Source of the DNA: Candidatus Latescibacterota bacterium
GTDB lineage: Bacteria > Latescibacterota > UBA2968
Assembly: GCA_965204375.1 (NCBI GenBank)
Contig: OZ241986.1
Coordinates: 2,208,001 to 2,272,000 of the forward strand
Direction: 5' to 3'
DNA: 64,000 nt
Below, one piece after another: positions 42,701-53,074 of this stretch. The notes under the pieces were generated by a model. That model saw nothing but the letters and a program-made list of their open reading frames with translations, ran no database searches and was not told where the DNA came from. Position numbers and translations under genes: made by a program. Each line of letters begins with the position of its first letter. Positions within the stretch are counted from its first letter, which is position 1.

Positions 42701-45391
42701 GATATCGTCCTGATTGATCGCAACCTGAATTCCGCCGTGGTCGATACCCTATTCAGGGCGGCTTTATCGCCTTTTGGAACACGCGACAGCGTGACAGTAC
42801 TCTGGCGTCTGAAAGACCGCGCTGGACGCCATCTATTAGAAGCGATAGCCGACCCCGCCAATGCGATTGTAGAAGGCGATGAAACAAATAATCGGACAGC
42901 AGTAGAAATCAATGTCTTAGGTGCGTTGTCGGCTGTACAGCTCTTGCCATGGCCGAGTCAGACCGTCGCAAATGCACAGGTGGTACTGGGTGTGCGGTCT
43001 GGGGAAGACCAGTTCCATCTAACAGGCGAATTTGAGTTGAATGCATCTGGCGATTTTCAAGATACCGCAACAATGCGCTCGGGCAGCGTAGCCGCCGCCG
43101 AGAGTATTATCTTATGGCGACCGACGGGTTTGCGCGAGGGGGCTTATTTTTGGCGCGTCCGATTATCCGATGGACAGACAACGGGCCCCTGGTCCGATGT
43201 ACAACATTTTGTGGTGACATCTTCTGTACCCGAACGGCAGGTGGTGTGGCAACAAGACGGCGCTATTGCATTATCGCGCGGCACAGGCGAAGATGTCGTG
43301 CTGTCTGATGACGGTTCTGTGGGCCGCACCATGTCTCCACCGCCGATCCGATTCAATGATGCCGAAGCTTCTTTTTTGAGCGAAGGTGTGACAGGTACAG
43401 CTATTTTGTGTACGGACGGAACATACCTGTATGTGAAGCGCTTCTATACATCGCAAGGCCAGTACCAGTATCCCGGCAGCGATCTATTCGCGCGCATTGG
43501 CACGGGATTCAATGGCACAATAGCGGGTAAAAATTACGGGATCGTGACCGAAACACCTATCCAGAGCATTTCTGCGACATTTCACAGCGATGGGTTTATC
43601 TATTCCGAACACCGCACAGCGCGCTCCGTGCTGCGTATTTCGCCCGTCACTGGACAAATTGATACCATTGAAGTACCCGGCCGCTTGCTGGATTTGTTCC
43701 GCGGATTGCCATTTGATGCCCATGCATTGATTACCTCTGACGGCGAGTTTATTTATAACGTATCTGCAGGCGTCAATGGCGTGCGGCGCAGCGGATGGAG
43801 CGTGCGGATATTTGACCCGGCCAATGCCTGGCGCATCGTGCGACAATTTGCCGTACCGCCAACCGAAACGGGATTTGGCTATCGGCACACAAATAGCGCG
43901 ATTGCCGATGGACAGTTTATCTACTTAATCGAATATAGTACGGGATTGACGCACCGCGTACGCGTGGTAGATGCACATACCGGGGCATTCGTCGAAGAAT
44001 TTGAAAGCGATCAGGCGCAGACAGATATTCTGAGCGGGCAATTTGATTGGGTAAACAACGTGGTGTGGTTGGGACAATTAGAGGGAGGCATGGTATATCG
44101 ATATCCGGGGCAGCACTTGCCCGAGTTTGGCACCTTAACATCTGAACCAATTGGACCTGCGAGGGCCTGGCACACAGTCACGACGGCTTTGTCGGGCGCG
44201 GGCAAAGCCGAAGTGAATTTACTCGGCGAGATCGATAACAATACTTTTGCACCATTGGCACAATGGCAAAATTTATCACCTGGAACAATTGATCTGCGCG
44301 GTATAGGCTCATCCATCCCGCGACTAAAAATTCAGATCAAATTGTACGGAGAGGGACTAAATCCATCCCCCGGTCTGCAAACCTGGACCACCACATATCA
44401 GCCACTTTCAGATATTGGCCTGAGCAACTTGCGGGCAGAACCCTTTGAAGTAACGGAATTGCAACCCGTTTATCTCCATCTCGACGTACAAAATTGGGGT
44501 CCATTAGACCTTGCTCTGGGCGCATCTGTTGCCTTTTATAGCGGCTCTCCCGCGCTGGGGCGTCTGATAGGGCGCGTGGCTGTGCCCGAAAATAGCCCGC
44601 TCGGACAAATCGTTCCCCTGCGTCTGGCGTGGCAAACCGCGCAATGGGCCGGACAACACATGGTAACGGCTCGTTTGGAAAATTTTCAGGGACAGCCAAT
44701 TTTTCCCGGCCGCGAGATAGCGCTTACGGAGCCTGTGCAGATTGCGCCGAGTTCTGACCGCGACGCGCCAACAATTGAAATCGCGGCGCTGGATGCTCTT
44801 GGTGAAGTTCGACCAGAAGATTATCTGCCCTCCCAACCGACATTTCGCATTTCCATGCGCGATACAGCGGGTATTGATTTGTCCAGCATCCGCCTATCGC
44901 TTTCGGGAACAGACGAGGCACAAGAGACTCATTATGAGTCAGAAAAAATAAAAAACCGCGCTGTTACCCCCATGACACTGTCATTTGTCTATACCCCAGA
45001 CGCGCTTGTCGATGGGCGTTATACACTCAATGTCGAAGCCTCTGATAGGCTGGGAAATGGTCCTGCAAAAATTGCAATATCGTTCCAGGTCTCTTCAATA
45101 TTGGCGATAGAGAACGCACTGGTCGCGCCCAATCCCGTATCTGATACGGGACATTTTACATTCATCTTATCGCGTCCTTCAGAAGTCACCGTGCAAATTT
45201 ACACCCTTGCCGGACGGCTCGTTCAGAGAATTGAAGAGCCATTTGCACGCGCGGGATACAACCAGATTTTTTGGGATGGGCGAGATGCCGACGGTCAGGT
45301 GCTGAGCAACAATACGTACTTATACATTTTGACCGCAGACAATGGCGAATCGCAGGCGCGGGTTAAAGACAAATTGATTGTGTACCGATAA
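39704..45391 (+). CDS. Large C25 (gingipain/PorU-like) cysteine peptidase with propeptide, CARDB-like and FlgD-Ig tail
   Basis: Signal peptide; DVYDEFSFG, VFVGR, FMGHG (His), MSCLNG (Cys), LIGDP; PNP..WDGRDADG..Y tail. Confidence 0.88.
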   Translation: MKTFSHLIPAITLLIATSIAHAGNVRVVATGENWVEVVVDASDLSITSESSYDRIDVPGWMWLHQPGAPAVPVRGATLGMPYGSRAVVQVLDANYEEIDGLNLMPVPQTQLLGSEQYPFSRSVYLKDETIYDTPGFYPGAEAVVAHTGILRDQQVAILSLRPVQYDPVQRRLRIARQLRVRVLFVADETRPPIRLLRDTDDFDSIYQKGLLNPEQAHFWRGRRIRATKRIQDWYDPLATYYKIRISEDGLYRLDARWFSESGIVLAPGDLDRLQIFLDGDEISLLVEDGGDGVLDEGDGVLFWGAFRRAPDRDFESEYGTERVYFLRIGRESGSRYTHAEGTSTNEVLTQFLSRKHVEIDSIYEALGHARNANRDHWFWQRTASPSRPDDMPTDVVMPVPLPGLARESGSNAQIRLGMHSLTLNQNINPDHYAVIQIQDGPLIAEERWDGQEAHIATGTVPVSALSDTTYVVLQTPGDPSFPLEPVPYVDHVYFNWVEITYPRRFEAIDGMLRFNPGIVLSPRAISIPNLEHERAIVLNLDKNKIIGTVQADEGIRFEIAESGDFIAVDETSIKTPERAERDTPYDLRGFSGADYVIITGADFMDAAERLAAHRQGQGLFTLVVDVADVYDEFSFGQVDAEAIRRFVQYGFHTWTKRPVYVLLLGEFSFDYRNIFGENLIARHNLVPGMPFQSPNRGLAFTDEFFGRVDDDLFMDVFVGRFSVRRASQANTVVQKVIAYDETPSAQWRNRMLLMANWDPQGGTYKFIAPSDTLATITHAIGLENFKVYHDADTPPEPNASSREVIRQINEGRLIVNFMGHGSASSMSKFIAGTFQRGAFDYMSQIRNRERLPLFIGMSCLNGLYWDPRIISLAEEMTNKPDGGAIAYISASSLSFIRINNQLNTALFRHILEDGVLAFGHSLALGKMTELVALPSSELGLVGMNLIGDPAQQIAVPQSPDFVLGDAALQLDQQGELTTADSVRVTLRVDNWGILPKRSVDIVLIDRNLNSAVVDTLFRAALSPFGTRDSVTVLWRLKDRAGRHLLEAIADPANAIVEGDETNNRTAVEINVLGALSAVQLLPWPSQTVANAQVVLGVRSGEDQFHLTGEFELNASGDFQDTATMRSGSVAAAESIILWRPTGLREGAYFWRVRLSDGQTTGPWSDVQHFVVTSSVPERQVVWQQDGAIALSRGTGEDVVLSDDGSVGRTMSPPPIRFNDAEASFLSEGVTGTAILCTDGTYLYVKRFYTSQGQYQYPGSDLFARIGTGFNGTIAGKNYGIVTETPIQSISATFHSDGFIYSEHRTARSVLRISPVTGQIDTIEVPGRLLDLFRGLPFDAHALITSDGEFIYNVSAGVNGVRRSGWSVRIFDPANAWRIVRQFAVPPTETGFGYRHTNSAIADGQFIYLIEYSTGLTHRVRVVDAHTGAFVEEFESDQAQTDILSGQFDWVNNVVWLGQLEGGMVYRYPGQHLPEFGTLTSEPIGPARAWHTVTTALSGAGKAEVNLLGEIDNNTFAPLAQWQNLSPGTIDLRGIGSSIPRLKIQIKLYGEGLNPSPGLQTWTTTYQPLSDIGLSNLRAEPFEVTELQPVYLHLDVQNWGPLDLALGASVAFYSGSPALGRLIGRVAVPENSPLGQIVPLRLAWQTAQWAGQHMVTARLENFQGQPIFPGREIALTEPVQIAPSSDRDAPTIEIAALDALGEVRPEDYLPSQPTFRISMRDTAGIDLSSIRLSLSGTDEAQETHYESEKIKNRAVTPMTLSFVYTPDALVDGRYTLNVEASDRLGNGPAKIAISFQVSSILAIENALVAPNPVSDTGHFTFILSRPSEVTVQIYTLAGRLVQRIEEPFARAGYNQIFWDGRDADGQVLSNNTYLYILTADNGESQARVKDKLIVYR

Positions 45392-45397
45392 AAAACC

Positions 45398-45458
45398 GTA
45401 GGGGCGATCCGTGAACTGGTCTGGAATGCGACCAGTTGTAAACCGCTCGTGGTCGCCC
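45398..45458. repeat. REP-like palindrome with nested insert
   Basis: GTAGGGGCGA..TCGCCC enclosing AACTGGTC..GACCAGTT. Confidence 0.6.
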
Positions 45459-45477
45459 GCACAACTCAGGAAATACC

Positions 45478-46974
45478 ATGTCATCTATTCGCAAAGTAAT
45501 CGTCATAGGTCTGGATTGCGCGTCGCCCGAACTGATCTTTCAGCGATTTCGAGATGACCTGCCCACCATCAACAACCTGATCCAGACCGGGGTTTACGGC
45601 AACCTCAAAAGCACCATCCCGCCCATAACCATTCCCGCCTGGATGAGCATGGTAACGGGCAAAGACCCCGGCACGCTGGGATTTTACGGGCTGCGCAACC
45701 GCGCCGATTACTCCTACAACCGTCTGTCTATCGCCAACTCAACTCTCGTGAATGACGATACGGTTTGGGACATCATTTCTGCTGCGGGCAAAAAAGTAAT
45801 CCTCGTAGGCGTGCCCCAAACCTATCCCCCCCAGCCAGTCAACGGCTGCCTGATAGCCTCTTTTCTCACGCCGAGCAACGACAGTCCCTATACCTATCCC
45901 GACAGTTTAAAAACCGAAATCGAGCGCGTATCCGACGGCTATATCATCGATGTACCCGATTTTCGCACAGATGACAAAGCGCGCTTGCTCCGCGAAATCT
46001 ACACCATGACCGAAAAGCGCTTTCGCGTGACGCGGCATCTCATGCAAACCCGCGAATGGGATTTTTGCATGCATGTGGAAATGGGCACAGATCGCATCCA
46101 CCACGGATTCTGGCGCTTTCTGGATCAAACCCACCGAAAACACGATCCCAATTCCGAATATGTGAACGCCATCCGCGACTATTACCGGTATCTCAATGGG
46201 GAAATTGCATCCCTGATTGCTCTAACTGATAAAGACACAGCCATCCTCCTCGTCTCAGACCACGGCGCCAAACGCATAGATGGCGGTATCTGCATCAACG
46301 AATGGTTGATCCGAGAAGGGTATTTGACAATAAAAAAATATCCCCAGGAGCCTATGGCTTATGAGGATCTCGAAATCGACTGGGCAAAAACCACAGCCTG
46401 GGGTGAGGGTGGCTATTACGCGCGCATCTTTCTCAACATTGCTGGACGCGAACCAAAAGGCATTGTGCCCCCCGAACAATACAATATCTTACGCGACGAA
46501 CTCTCAAAAAAAATTGCGGTCATTCCCGACGACAAGGGCAATCCCCTGCCGACGCGGGTCTTCAAACCAGAGGATATTTACGGAACTATTAACAATATCC
46601 CACCCGATCTAATCGTCTATTTCGGCGACCTGCACTGGCGTTCTGTCGGCACAATAGGCCATCGCGCTGTCCACACCCTTGAAAACGATACCGGACCAGA
46701 CGATGCCAACCACGCCCAACACGGTATCTTTATTCTCAAAGACGGCACGCACACAGGCGAGAGATACAATCTGGAAATACGCGACATCGCACCAACTATC
46801 CTGGGCCTCATGGATATCCCCATCCCCACCGACATGCAAGGCCATGCAATAGTCAACACGCCCTCAACGCATCCACCATCAGATGCACATCCTTCACACA
46901 CGGACGACGAGGTCTATACAGAAGGGGAAAAAAAAGCACTCGAAGATCGGCTCAGAGCGCTGGGATATTTGTGA
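45478..46974 (+). CDS. Alkaline phosphatase superfamily / type I phosphodiesterase
   Basis: IGLDC, STIPPIT.PAW, DRIHH, SDHG, RLRALGY tail. Confidence 0.88.
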   Translation: MSSIRKVIVIGLDCASPELIFQRFRDDLPTINNLIQTGVYGNLKSTIPPITIPAWMSMVTGKDPGTLGFYGLRNRADYSYNRLSIANSTLVNDDTVWDIISAAGKKVILVGVPQTYPPQPVNGCLIASFLTPSNDSPYTYPDSLKTEIERVSDGYIIDVPDFRTDDKARLLREIYTMTEKRFRVTRHLMQTREWDFCMHVEMGTDRIHHGFWRFLDQTHRKHDPNSEYVNAIRDYYRYLNGEIASLIALTDKDTAILLVSDHGAKRIDGGICINEWLIREGYLTIKKYPQEPMAYEDLEIDWAKTTAWGEGGYYARIFLNIAGREPKGIVPPEQYNILRDELSKKIAVIPDDKGNPLPTRVFKPEDIYGTINNIPPDLIVYFGDLHWRSVGTIGHRAVHTLENDTGPDDANHAQHGIFILKDGTHTGERYNLEIRDIAPTILGLMDIPIPTDMQGHAIVNTPSTHPPSDAHPSHTDDEVYTEGEKKALEDRLRALGYL

Positions 46975-46981
46975 TTGACCG

Positions 46982-47866
46982 CTAAAAAACCCGAAAATGC
47001 GCGGGCAACGGCGGCATGCCACCGTCCTGTGTCGTAACAAAACCGCCAACGGCATTGGCTTGCTCAGCGCATATCTGCATCGGTGCGCCAGCGAGTAAAT
47101 GCATGACAAATGCCGCCGTAAAAGCATCGCCAGCACCCACCGTATTCACGACCTGTTGTCTTTTCCCCACCGCCTGACAAATCCCACCTTCACTCACAAC
47201 TCGACATCCCCGTTCTCCCAGCGTCAAAATCACACATTGCAGATCAAAACGCGCGCGAATACCTGTCAAAAAAGCATCTACATCTTCTTCTCCATCCACA
47301 TAATCGCGCAACAGGACCACTTCCTCATCATTTAACTTCAGCACATCAGCGCGTGCTATAGATTCTCGCACAATCTCATCAGTGTGATAGTGCTGTCGAA
47401 AATTGATATCGAACACGCGCAGGCAATCCGGCGACGCCGCATCCAAAAAATTTGTAATTGCCCGACGGCTCTGCGCCTCGCGTTGATCTATTGTTCCAAA
47501 ACACAAGGCGTGAGCAGAACGCGCGACCGGTGCCAATTCTGAGCACCATGTAATCGCATCCCACGCCACGCCTTCGACAATTTCATAAGTGGGCTGCCCA
47601 TCTACAAGGGTCACGTTCACACTACCCGTTGGCCGATGAGCATGTATTTGCACAGCATCTGTCGCCACCCTGCGCCCGCTCAAAATCTCAAGTGCTGTCT
47701 TGCCCCGTGCATCGTCTCCCACACAACTCACCATAGCAGAACGCGCGCCCAAAGCAGCCGCGTGCACGGCAAAATTTGCCGGCGCCCCCCCCAATCGCTC
47801 GCCATCGGGAAACACATCCCACAACACGGCACCGATAGCGACCACACAGGGCGGGTCACGGCGCAT
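46982..47866 (-). CDS. PfkB carbohydrate kinase (fructokinase-like)
   Basis: GGAPANFA, D.N.R, TVGAGDAF. Confidence 0.92.
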   Translation of the reverse strand: MRRDPPCVVAIGAVLWDVFPDGERLGGAPANFAVHAAALGARSAMVSCVGDDARGKTALEILSGRRVATDAVQIHAHRPTGSVNVTLVDGQPTYEIVEGVAWDAITWCSELAPVARSAHALCFGTIDQREAQSRRAITNFLDAASPDCLRVFDINFRQHYHTDEIVRESIARADVLKLNDEEVVLLRDYVDGEEDVDAFLTGIRARFDLQCVILTLGERGCRVVSEGGICQAVGKRQQVVNTVGAGDAFTAAFVMHLLAGAPMQICAEQANAVGGFVTTQDGGMPPLPAHFRVF

Positions 47867-48849
47867 TACCGCGACACCTTCACGGCCTTCTTTGCAGAAG
47901 CCGAGCGATAAGCGGCCTCGGACAAACGGGCGACCTGCAAAGCGAAATCTGGCGGCGAATATCCCACGCCATCGTTGCGAATCAGATCAAAAAATGCCTG
48001 ATCGGGCGTCATCTCCTGAATATGCGGTGGAATTTCGAGTGGTTTGTCATTCAGCAAAACCGACTGCACCTGCCACCGGTGCAAATGGAACACCAGACAG
48101 CCTTTGCTTCCGTGAATGGCGATTCGCTCATCGTGATGCGCCGCATTGCCAAAGGTATTCAGCGTACCCGCCCCGCCACCTTTGAAACGCACATTGACCA
48201 CCATATTGGTATCCACGGCTTTTCCCGCATTCTCCGCAAAGGCCGAGACCTCCACAGGCTCCAATCCCGTAATCCACAACACAGAGGCGACGAGATGGCT
48301 ACCCGTATCCATAAACATGCCGCCCCCCGACAACTCGGGATCCAAACGCCAGCCGCGAATTCTTCCCCAATTTTGCGTCACATAAGCCACCACGCCGCGC
48401 AACTCTCCGAGTTCACCTTGCCGAATCAACTCACGCGCATAAACGTGGGGAGCCATATAATTGCGTTGATAGGCCACCACCAGATACAATTTCAATTTAT
48501 CCGACAAATTGATCAGCGACTTGGTCTGCCGAGACGCAACAGTGAGGGGTTTCTCAACCAGAACGTGCAACCCCTTTTGCAAAGACAGGCGGGCGTGTTC
48601 ATAATGCAGTGCATGGGGCGAACTGATCAGCATAGCATCGAGTGCCTCATTCCGCACGAGTTGGCGATAATCTTCATAAAACGACGCCTCACTGCCCCAC
48701 TCCTCCATCAATGCTTCCGCCTGGCTCTCGTCTGGATCGGCCACGCCGATAATCTCCACGCCACCATCTGCTTTCAAACGAGGCAAATGCGCCCGTTGCA
48801 TGTTGCCGCCACATCCAATCAAACCGAGCCGAATTTTTTCTTTAGACAT
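47866..48849 (-). CDS. Gfo/Idh/MocA oxidoreductase
   Basis: GLIGCG, HVLVEKP, GGG.FMDTGSH. Confidence 0.9.
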   Translation of the reverse strand: MSKEKIRLGLIGCGGNMQRAHLPRLKADGGVEIIGVADPDESQAEALMEEWGSEASFYEDYRQLVRNEALDAMLISSPHALHYEHARLSLQKGLHVLVEKPLTVASRQTKSLINLSDKLKLYLVVAYQRNYMAPHVYARELIRQGELGELRGVVAYVTQNWGRIRGWRLDPELSGGGMFMDTGSHLVASVLWITGLEPVEVSAFAENAGKAVDTNMVVNVRFKGGGAGTLNTFGNAAHHDERIAIHGSKGCLVFHLHRWQVQSVLLNDKPLEIPPHIQEMTPDQAFFDLIRNDGVGYSPPDFALQVARLSEAAYRSASAKKAVKVSR

Positions 48850-48890
48850 CGCGCAGAACCTCCCGGTTTATAGTGAATAATATTTTTATA

Positions 48891-49697
48891 TCAAGCCGCC
48901 GATTCAGCGACCATCGTCACTTCTTTCCGGCCTTCTAATCCTGAAATCACCGGAAATGTGCGCGATGAATCCCTTCCCCGCGCCATATAACGCACAGTAG
49001 GTGGAAAATAGGCGTAGAGTGCCGTATGCCTCGGACGAGGTGAATGATTGGGGCCAGAACCGTGTACGCACAAACTGTGAAACAGGAGGGCTGTCCCCGC
49101 CTTGAGAGGCACCTCAATCGCCTGTGAAGTATCCAAATTTTTTCGATCTGTCAACTTCGCATCTTGAGGCCGCGCAATATCGCCCCATTTCTGCATGCCC
49201 CACTTGTGACTCTCGGGAATCACCCGAATGCATCCATTCTCTGAACTGGCATCTGTCAATGCAATGCTCACCGTGACAAGTGCGGGCGGCTCCATCGGCC
49301 AATACGCCGAATCTTGATGAAAACCATGCGATGACCCGTGAAACGCGGGCTTGAGCATAAGCGTACTGCGAAACAACAACAAATCGGGTCCAATCAGATT
49401 CTGAACCACGGGTACGAGTTTGGAATGTGCAGCCAAATTCTTGAACACATTGGAAAAATCGCGCGTCTGCTCGATCTTACGCAACACGGGCAAGCCACCT
49501 TGCTCTTTGTCCCTTGCATAAGGCTCGCGCTGAAAACTGCCCGCACGCTTGTCGCCATTGGCTGCCAAATCTGCTGCCATTACGTGCAATTTGTGAATCT
49601 CTTCTTCAGACTCGGCCAACTCTTGGGACGACACCACATCTTCAACCACGAGATAGCCCTGGTCGTAGAAAAATGTTTTCTGTTCTTCAGGTGTCAT
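48891..49697 (-). CDS. PhyH family dioxygenase
   Basis: HQDSAYW, ENGC..IP.SH, HGSGPN. Confidence 0.9.
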   Translation of the reverse strand: MTPEEQKTFFYDQGYLVVEDVVSSQELAESEEEIHKLHVMAADLAANGDKRAGSFQREPYARDKEQGGLPVLRKIEQTRDFSNVFKNLAAHSKLVPVVQNLIGPDLLLFRSTLMLKPAFHGSSHGFHQDSAYWPMEPPALVTVSIALTDASSENGCIRVIPESHKWGMQKWGDIARPQDAKLTDRKNLDTSQAIEVPLKAGTALLFHSLCVHGSGPNHSPRPRHTALYAYFPPTVRYMARGRDSSRTFPVISGLEGRKEVTMVAESAA

Positions 49698-49763
49698 CTT
49701 TATGTCTCCTCAAAAATTGATAATAGATAAATCATAATACTATAAATACTTGTGTCAAGCAAA

Positions 49764-49795
49764 GAAAAAGGGCGTCAGTCTGTAACCGACGCCCC
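49764..49795 (-). terminator. Probable terminator
   Basis: AGGGCGTC..GACGCCCT stem with T-rich tail on minus. Confidence 0.6.
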
Positions 49796-49820
49796 TGAAG
49801 GTATATTTGTGCAATAATTT

Positions 49821-50765
49821 TTATTGCGAAGGACGGGGCAACACCACGAAACCCACCGAATCCACGGACGCCGATCCAAAAATCCCTATGCCCCCATCAA
49901 CGTTAAATAGCGGACGCTCAAAATTGTCGCCCGCCAGACCGCCAGGCTGAAACGCATTCCCATCATCATCTTGAAAAAATTCGGGCACAGATCGAATCAA
50001 ATCAAACCAGTTTTTGTCAACCGCATAAATGCGAATGACATGAGGCCCGGCATACGCCACGGCAAACCAGGGAAAGCGCACGATGCCATCTGTGGCCTCA
50101 AATGCTGGCGAACTGCCGTATCGTTCAAAACCCGCCCTCTCATCTTCATCGACCAAATCGGAATAAACCACAAAATCCGATTCTGGATCCAGACTCTCAA
50201 TTGCAATATGGTAGCCACTGGCAGGAAGTGGATCAAACCGCATTTCCAGAAGGCCTTCTTGATAGACAACGCGATTTTCCTGTACATTGCCATCCTCATA
50301 TCTGTTCAATGGACGGATGACCTCAAGTGTCTCATCATCTAATAATGCCGCCTCTCGAATATCGAATCTGCCCGGTGTAATCGTCTGCGCTGTGGCTTCC
50401 CTGCCCTGTGATCGCACGCGCAGATTATAAGTTGTATTTGGCAAAACGTGCGGGGCGTTGGGCGGGGGCATATAATAATAATACCCTGCGGCGAAACCCG
50501 GGCTGTACAAAAACGTCCGTTCCCCCTGGGTAATTACGACCTCGGCATCGTCCACACTTGCCTCCCAGCGGCCAAAAGACCCCACATTTGCTTTTACGGT
50601 CTCACTAATCAACACCCGAGGCAGGGGTTGATCGACAATCAACAGCGCATCCACAACCAGAACGCCGGAGGCATCGGGGCCAAAAAGACTCGACGGATCG
50701 CGCTCGGCTTCACACCCCACCAGTGCGATCAGGCAGCCCATCATCAAAACGAAATATTTCATCAC
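49821..50765 (-). CDS. DUF4249-like lipoprotein (TBDR partner)
   Basis: LVGC lipobox, LVVDALL, NV.GGIGIFGS. Confidence 0.75.
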   Translation of the reverse strand: MMKYFVLMMGCLIALVGCEAERDPSSLFGPDASGVLVVDALLIVDQPLPRVLISETVKANVGSFGRWEASVDDAEVVITQGERTFLYSPGFAAGYYYYMPPPNAPHVLPNTTYNLRVRSQGREATAQTITPGRFDIREAALLDDETLEVIRPLNRYEDGNVQENRVVYQEGLLEMRFDPLPASGYHIAIESLDPESDFVVYSDLVDEDERAGFERYGSSPAFEATDGIVRFPWFAVAYAGPHVIRIYAVDKNWFDLIRSVPEFFQDDDGNAFQPGGLAGDNFERPLFNVDGGIGIFGSASVDSVGFVVLPRPSQ

Positions 50766-50772
50766 AATCCTT

Positions 50773-52995
50773 TTAAAAATTAAAATTAATTCCCAGCGTC
50801 GGTACTATAGGCAACATCTTGATCACATCTGGATCGAACTCATTAAAAATGACAAACCACTCATTGCGCCGATTAAATACGTTAAACACCTGGACGTAAA
50901 ATTCCCCATTCACCTCAAACGCACGAAACCGCATCTTCACATTTAAATCCAACCTCTGATAGGGCAACAAGCGAGCGCTGTTGCGATCCGAAGGAAGTAC
51001 CAGCCTTTCAGTTTGTCGGTGAGGCACTGCGGGTGAGCGCAATAAATAACGCGCAGATGCAGGCGTAAATGCCTGCCCCGTGCCATAGACATAATTCGCT
51101 CCAAATGACCACCTGCCCAGGCGATAATTGCTCACAAAAGACACATCGTGGCGTCGGTCGTATTTGGGGGGAAATGCCTTGCCCTGATTGAGTTCGGCAA
51201 ATGTGCGCCGCGTCCATCCCAGCGTATAACCTATCCATCCCGTCAATCGTCCCGTGCGACGCTGTAAAAAGACTTCGACACCAGTTGCATACCCGGTCCC
51301 CCCGCTCACAAACGTATCCTCTACGGTCTTCGCATCGATATCTGCGGCGATGCGATTGTCCAGTACAATCAGATTCGCCATATCGGTATAATAGGCTTCC
51401 ACAGTAGCCTGATACCGCTCGGAAGGTTCCCACTCCACACCTGCCACACCCTGCCAGGACCGTCCGGGCTTCACCGACTCATCCAGCGGCACCCAGTAAT
51501 CACCGCCGCTAAACAACTCGGTGGTCACCAGTTGCAAATACTGGTGAAATGAACCGCCAGCCGCCTTATAGCGCACATTTCCCTTCCGATAACTCATGGA
51601 TAAACGCGGCTCGACATGAAAGCGATCACCCGCGCTAAAATAACTGCTCCGCATGCCCAGACGAATATCTGTTGCAGAGCCGGGCTGCCAGTGATCCTGC
51701 ACATACGCCGATAGCAAATTGGGCTTCAGGCTCAGGTCGAATTGGCTTCCCCGGTTAAATTCCTGATAAAATTTAAAATCGTAATGGGTAGCCAAAAATC
51801 CACCACTCAAGGCGTGATCGTGCGCTGCAAACCAATCCACATCGCCTTTGATGGTAAAATCGGTAATACTGTTGGAAAGCAAAATGGGCGTATCGAGAAT
51901 ATTCAGCTCTATCTTACTGGCATAATTACTGCCCGCCACCACAAAATTGCCAAATAGCGCGGGCGAAAACACATGTGTCCATTTGCCCAGAAAAGCCGTA
52001 TTCCCCCACCGAATGCCGAAAAACGAATCCTCGTCAACATCAAAACTCAGATCATCTCGGCCAAAATACCCACTTATCTGCACTTTGTCATTATCCGAAA
52101 AATCCTGATTGAGCTTGGCATTTAAGTCGTAAAAATAATACGTGGGAACATCTGTGTCTTCATTCCGAATGAAAGACAATAGGGGATCGATATAAGTGCG
52201 CCGCCCCGACACCATCCACGACCCCTTTGGGGTTGGGCCTTCGAGTGTCAAACGCGCAGCAATAAGACTGACCCCCCCGCTGGCATCAAATCCCTTGCGA
52301 TTGCCATCCTTATTGTGTACATCGAGCACCGACCCCAAACGACCGCCGTATTTCGCGGGATAAGCCCCTTTGTGCAAACTCATATCCCGAATGGCATCGG
52401 GGTTAAACGTAGAAAAAAAACCAAATGCGTGCGATGGATTGTAAAGCGGCATTTGATCCAATAATATCAAGGTCTGATCTGGCCCACCACCGCGAATATA
52501 AAGCCCTGAACTGATATCCGACGCGGCCTGAATACCGGGCAAAAGGTGTAATGAGCGCAAAATATCCGCCTCACCAATAGCTGGCATCTCGCGGATTTTT
52601 GCCGTTTCGACCTCGACAAAACCCGGCTGAATGCGTTGCTCTTCCTCCTCTCGCTTGCCCTCCACCACGATCTCCTCCACGACTATTAGCTCGGGTTTGA
52701 GTTGCACATCGAGCCGCCTTGTTTCGCCCGTTCGAAAACTCAACGTATCCTGAAAACTGATATACCCGATATAAGAGATGGTCAACACATAGGGAATATC
52801 CTCAGGAACCCCTTGAATGGCGTAATATCCATTCACATTGCTCAGTGCACCAATGGGCCTGTCTGGCCCTTTTAACATTACGTTCGCATAGGGTAGCGAC
52901 TCGCCATTGCTCTGATCCGCAATAAACCCACTCAGCGTTGCCGCACGAACAGACAGCGGCAACAACATCAATAACAGCACCCACAAAAACTTCAT
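50773..52995 (-). CDS. TonB-dependent receptor
   Basis: CarboxypepD-like N-terminus, IRGG.PDQ, YGGRL.SVLD, terminal NFNF. Confidence 0.92.
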   Translation of the reverse strand: MKFLWVLLLMLLPLSVRAATLSGFIADQSNGESLPYANVMLKGPDRPIGALSNVNGYYAIQGVPEDIPYVLTISYIGYISFQDTLSFRTGETRRLDVQLKPELIVVEEIVVEGKREEEEQRIQPGFVEVETAKIREMPAIGEADILRSLHLLPGIQAASDISSGLYIRGGGPDQTLILLDQMPLYNPSHAFGFFSTFNPDAIRDMSLHKGAYPAKYGGRLGSVLDVHNKDGNRKGFDASGGVSLIAARLTLEGPTPKGSWMVSGRRTYIDPLLSFIRNEDTDVPTYYFYDLNAKLNQDFSDNDKVQISGYFGRDDLSFDVDEDSFFGIRWGNTAFLGKWTHVFSPALFGNFVVAGSNYASKIELNILDTPILLSNSITDFTIKGDVDWFAAHDHALSGGFLATHYDFKFYQEFNRGSQFDLSLKPNLLSAYVQDHWQPGSATDIRLGMRSSYFSAGDRFHVEPRLSMSYRKGNVRYKAAGGSFHQYLQLVTTELFSGGDYWVPLDESVKPGRSWQGVAGVEWEPSERYQATVEAYYTDMANLIVLDNRIAADIDAKTVEDTFVSGGTGYATGVEVFLQRRTGRLTGWIGYTLGWTRRTFAELNQGKAFPPKYDRRHDVSFVSNYRLGRWSFGANYVYGTGQAFTPASARYLLRSPAVPHRQTERLVLPSDRNSARLLPYQRLDLNVKMRFRAFEVNGEFYVQVFNVFNRRNEWFVIFNEFDPDVIKMLPIVPTLGINFNF

Positions 52996-53074
52996 TATTG
53001 CTCCTTCTAATAACTTGTGAAATACATATCGCGCAACCGTCCATAGTGTATAACACCTCTCGACGGTTATAGTG

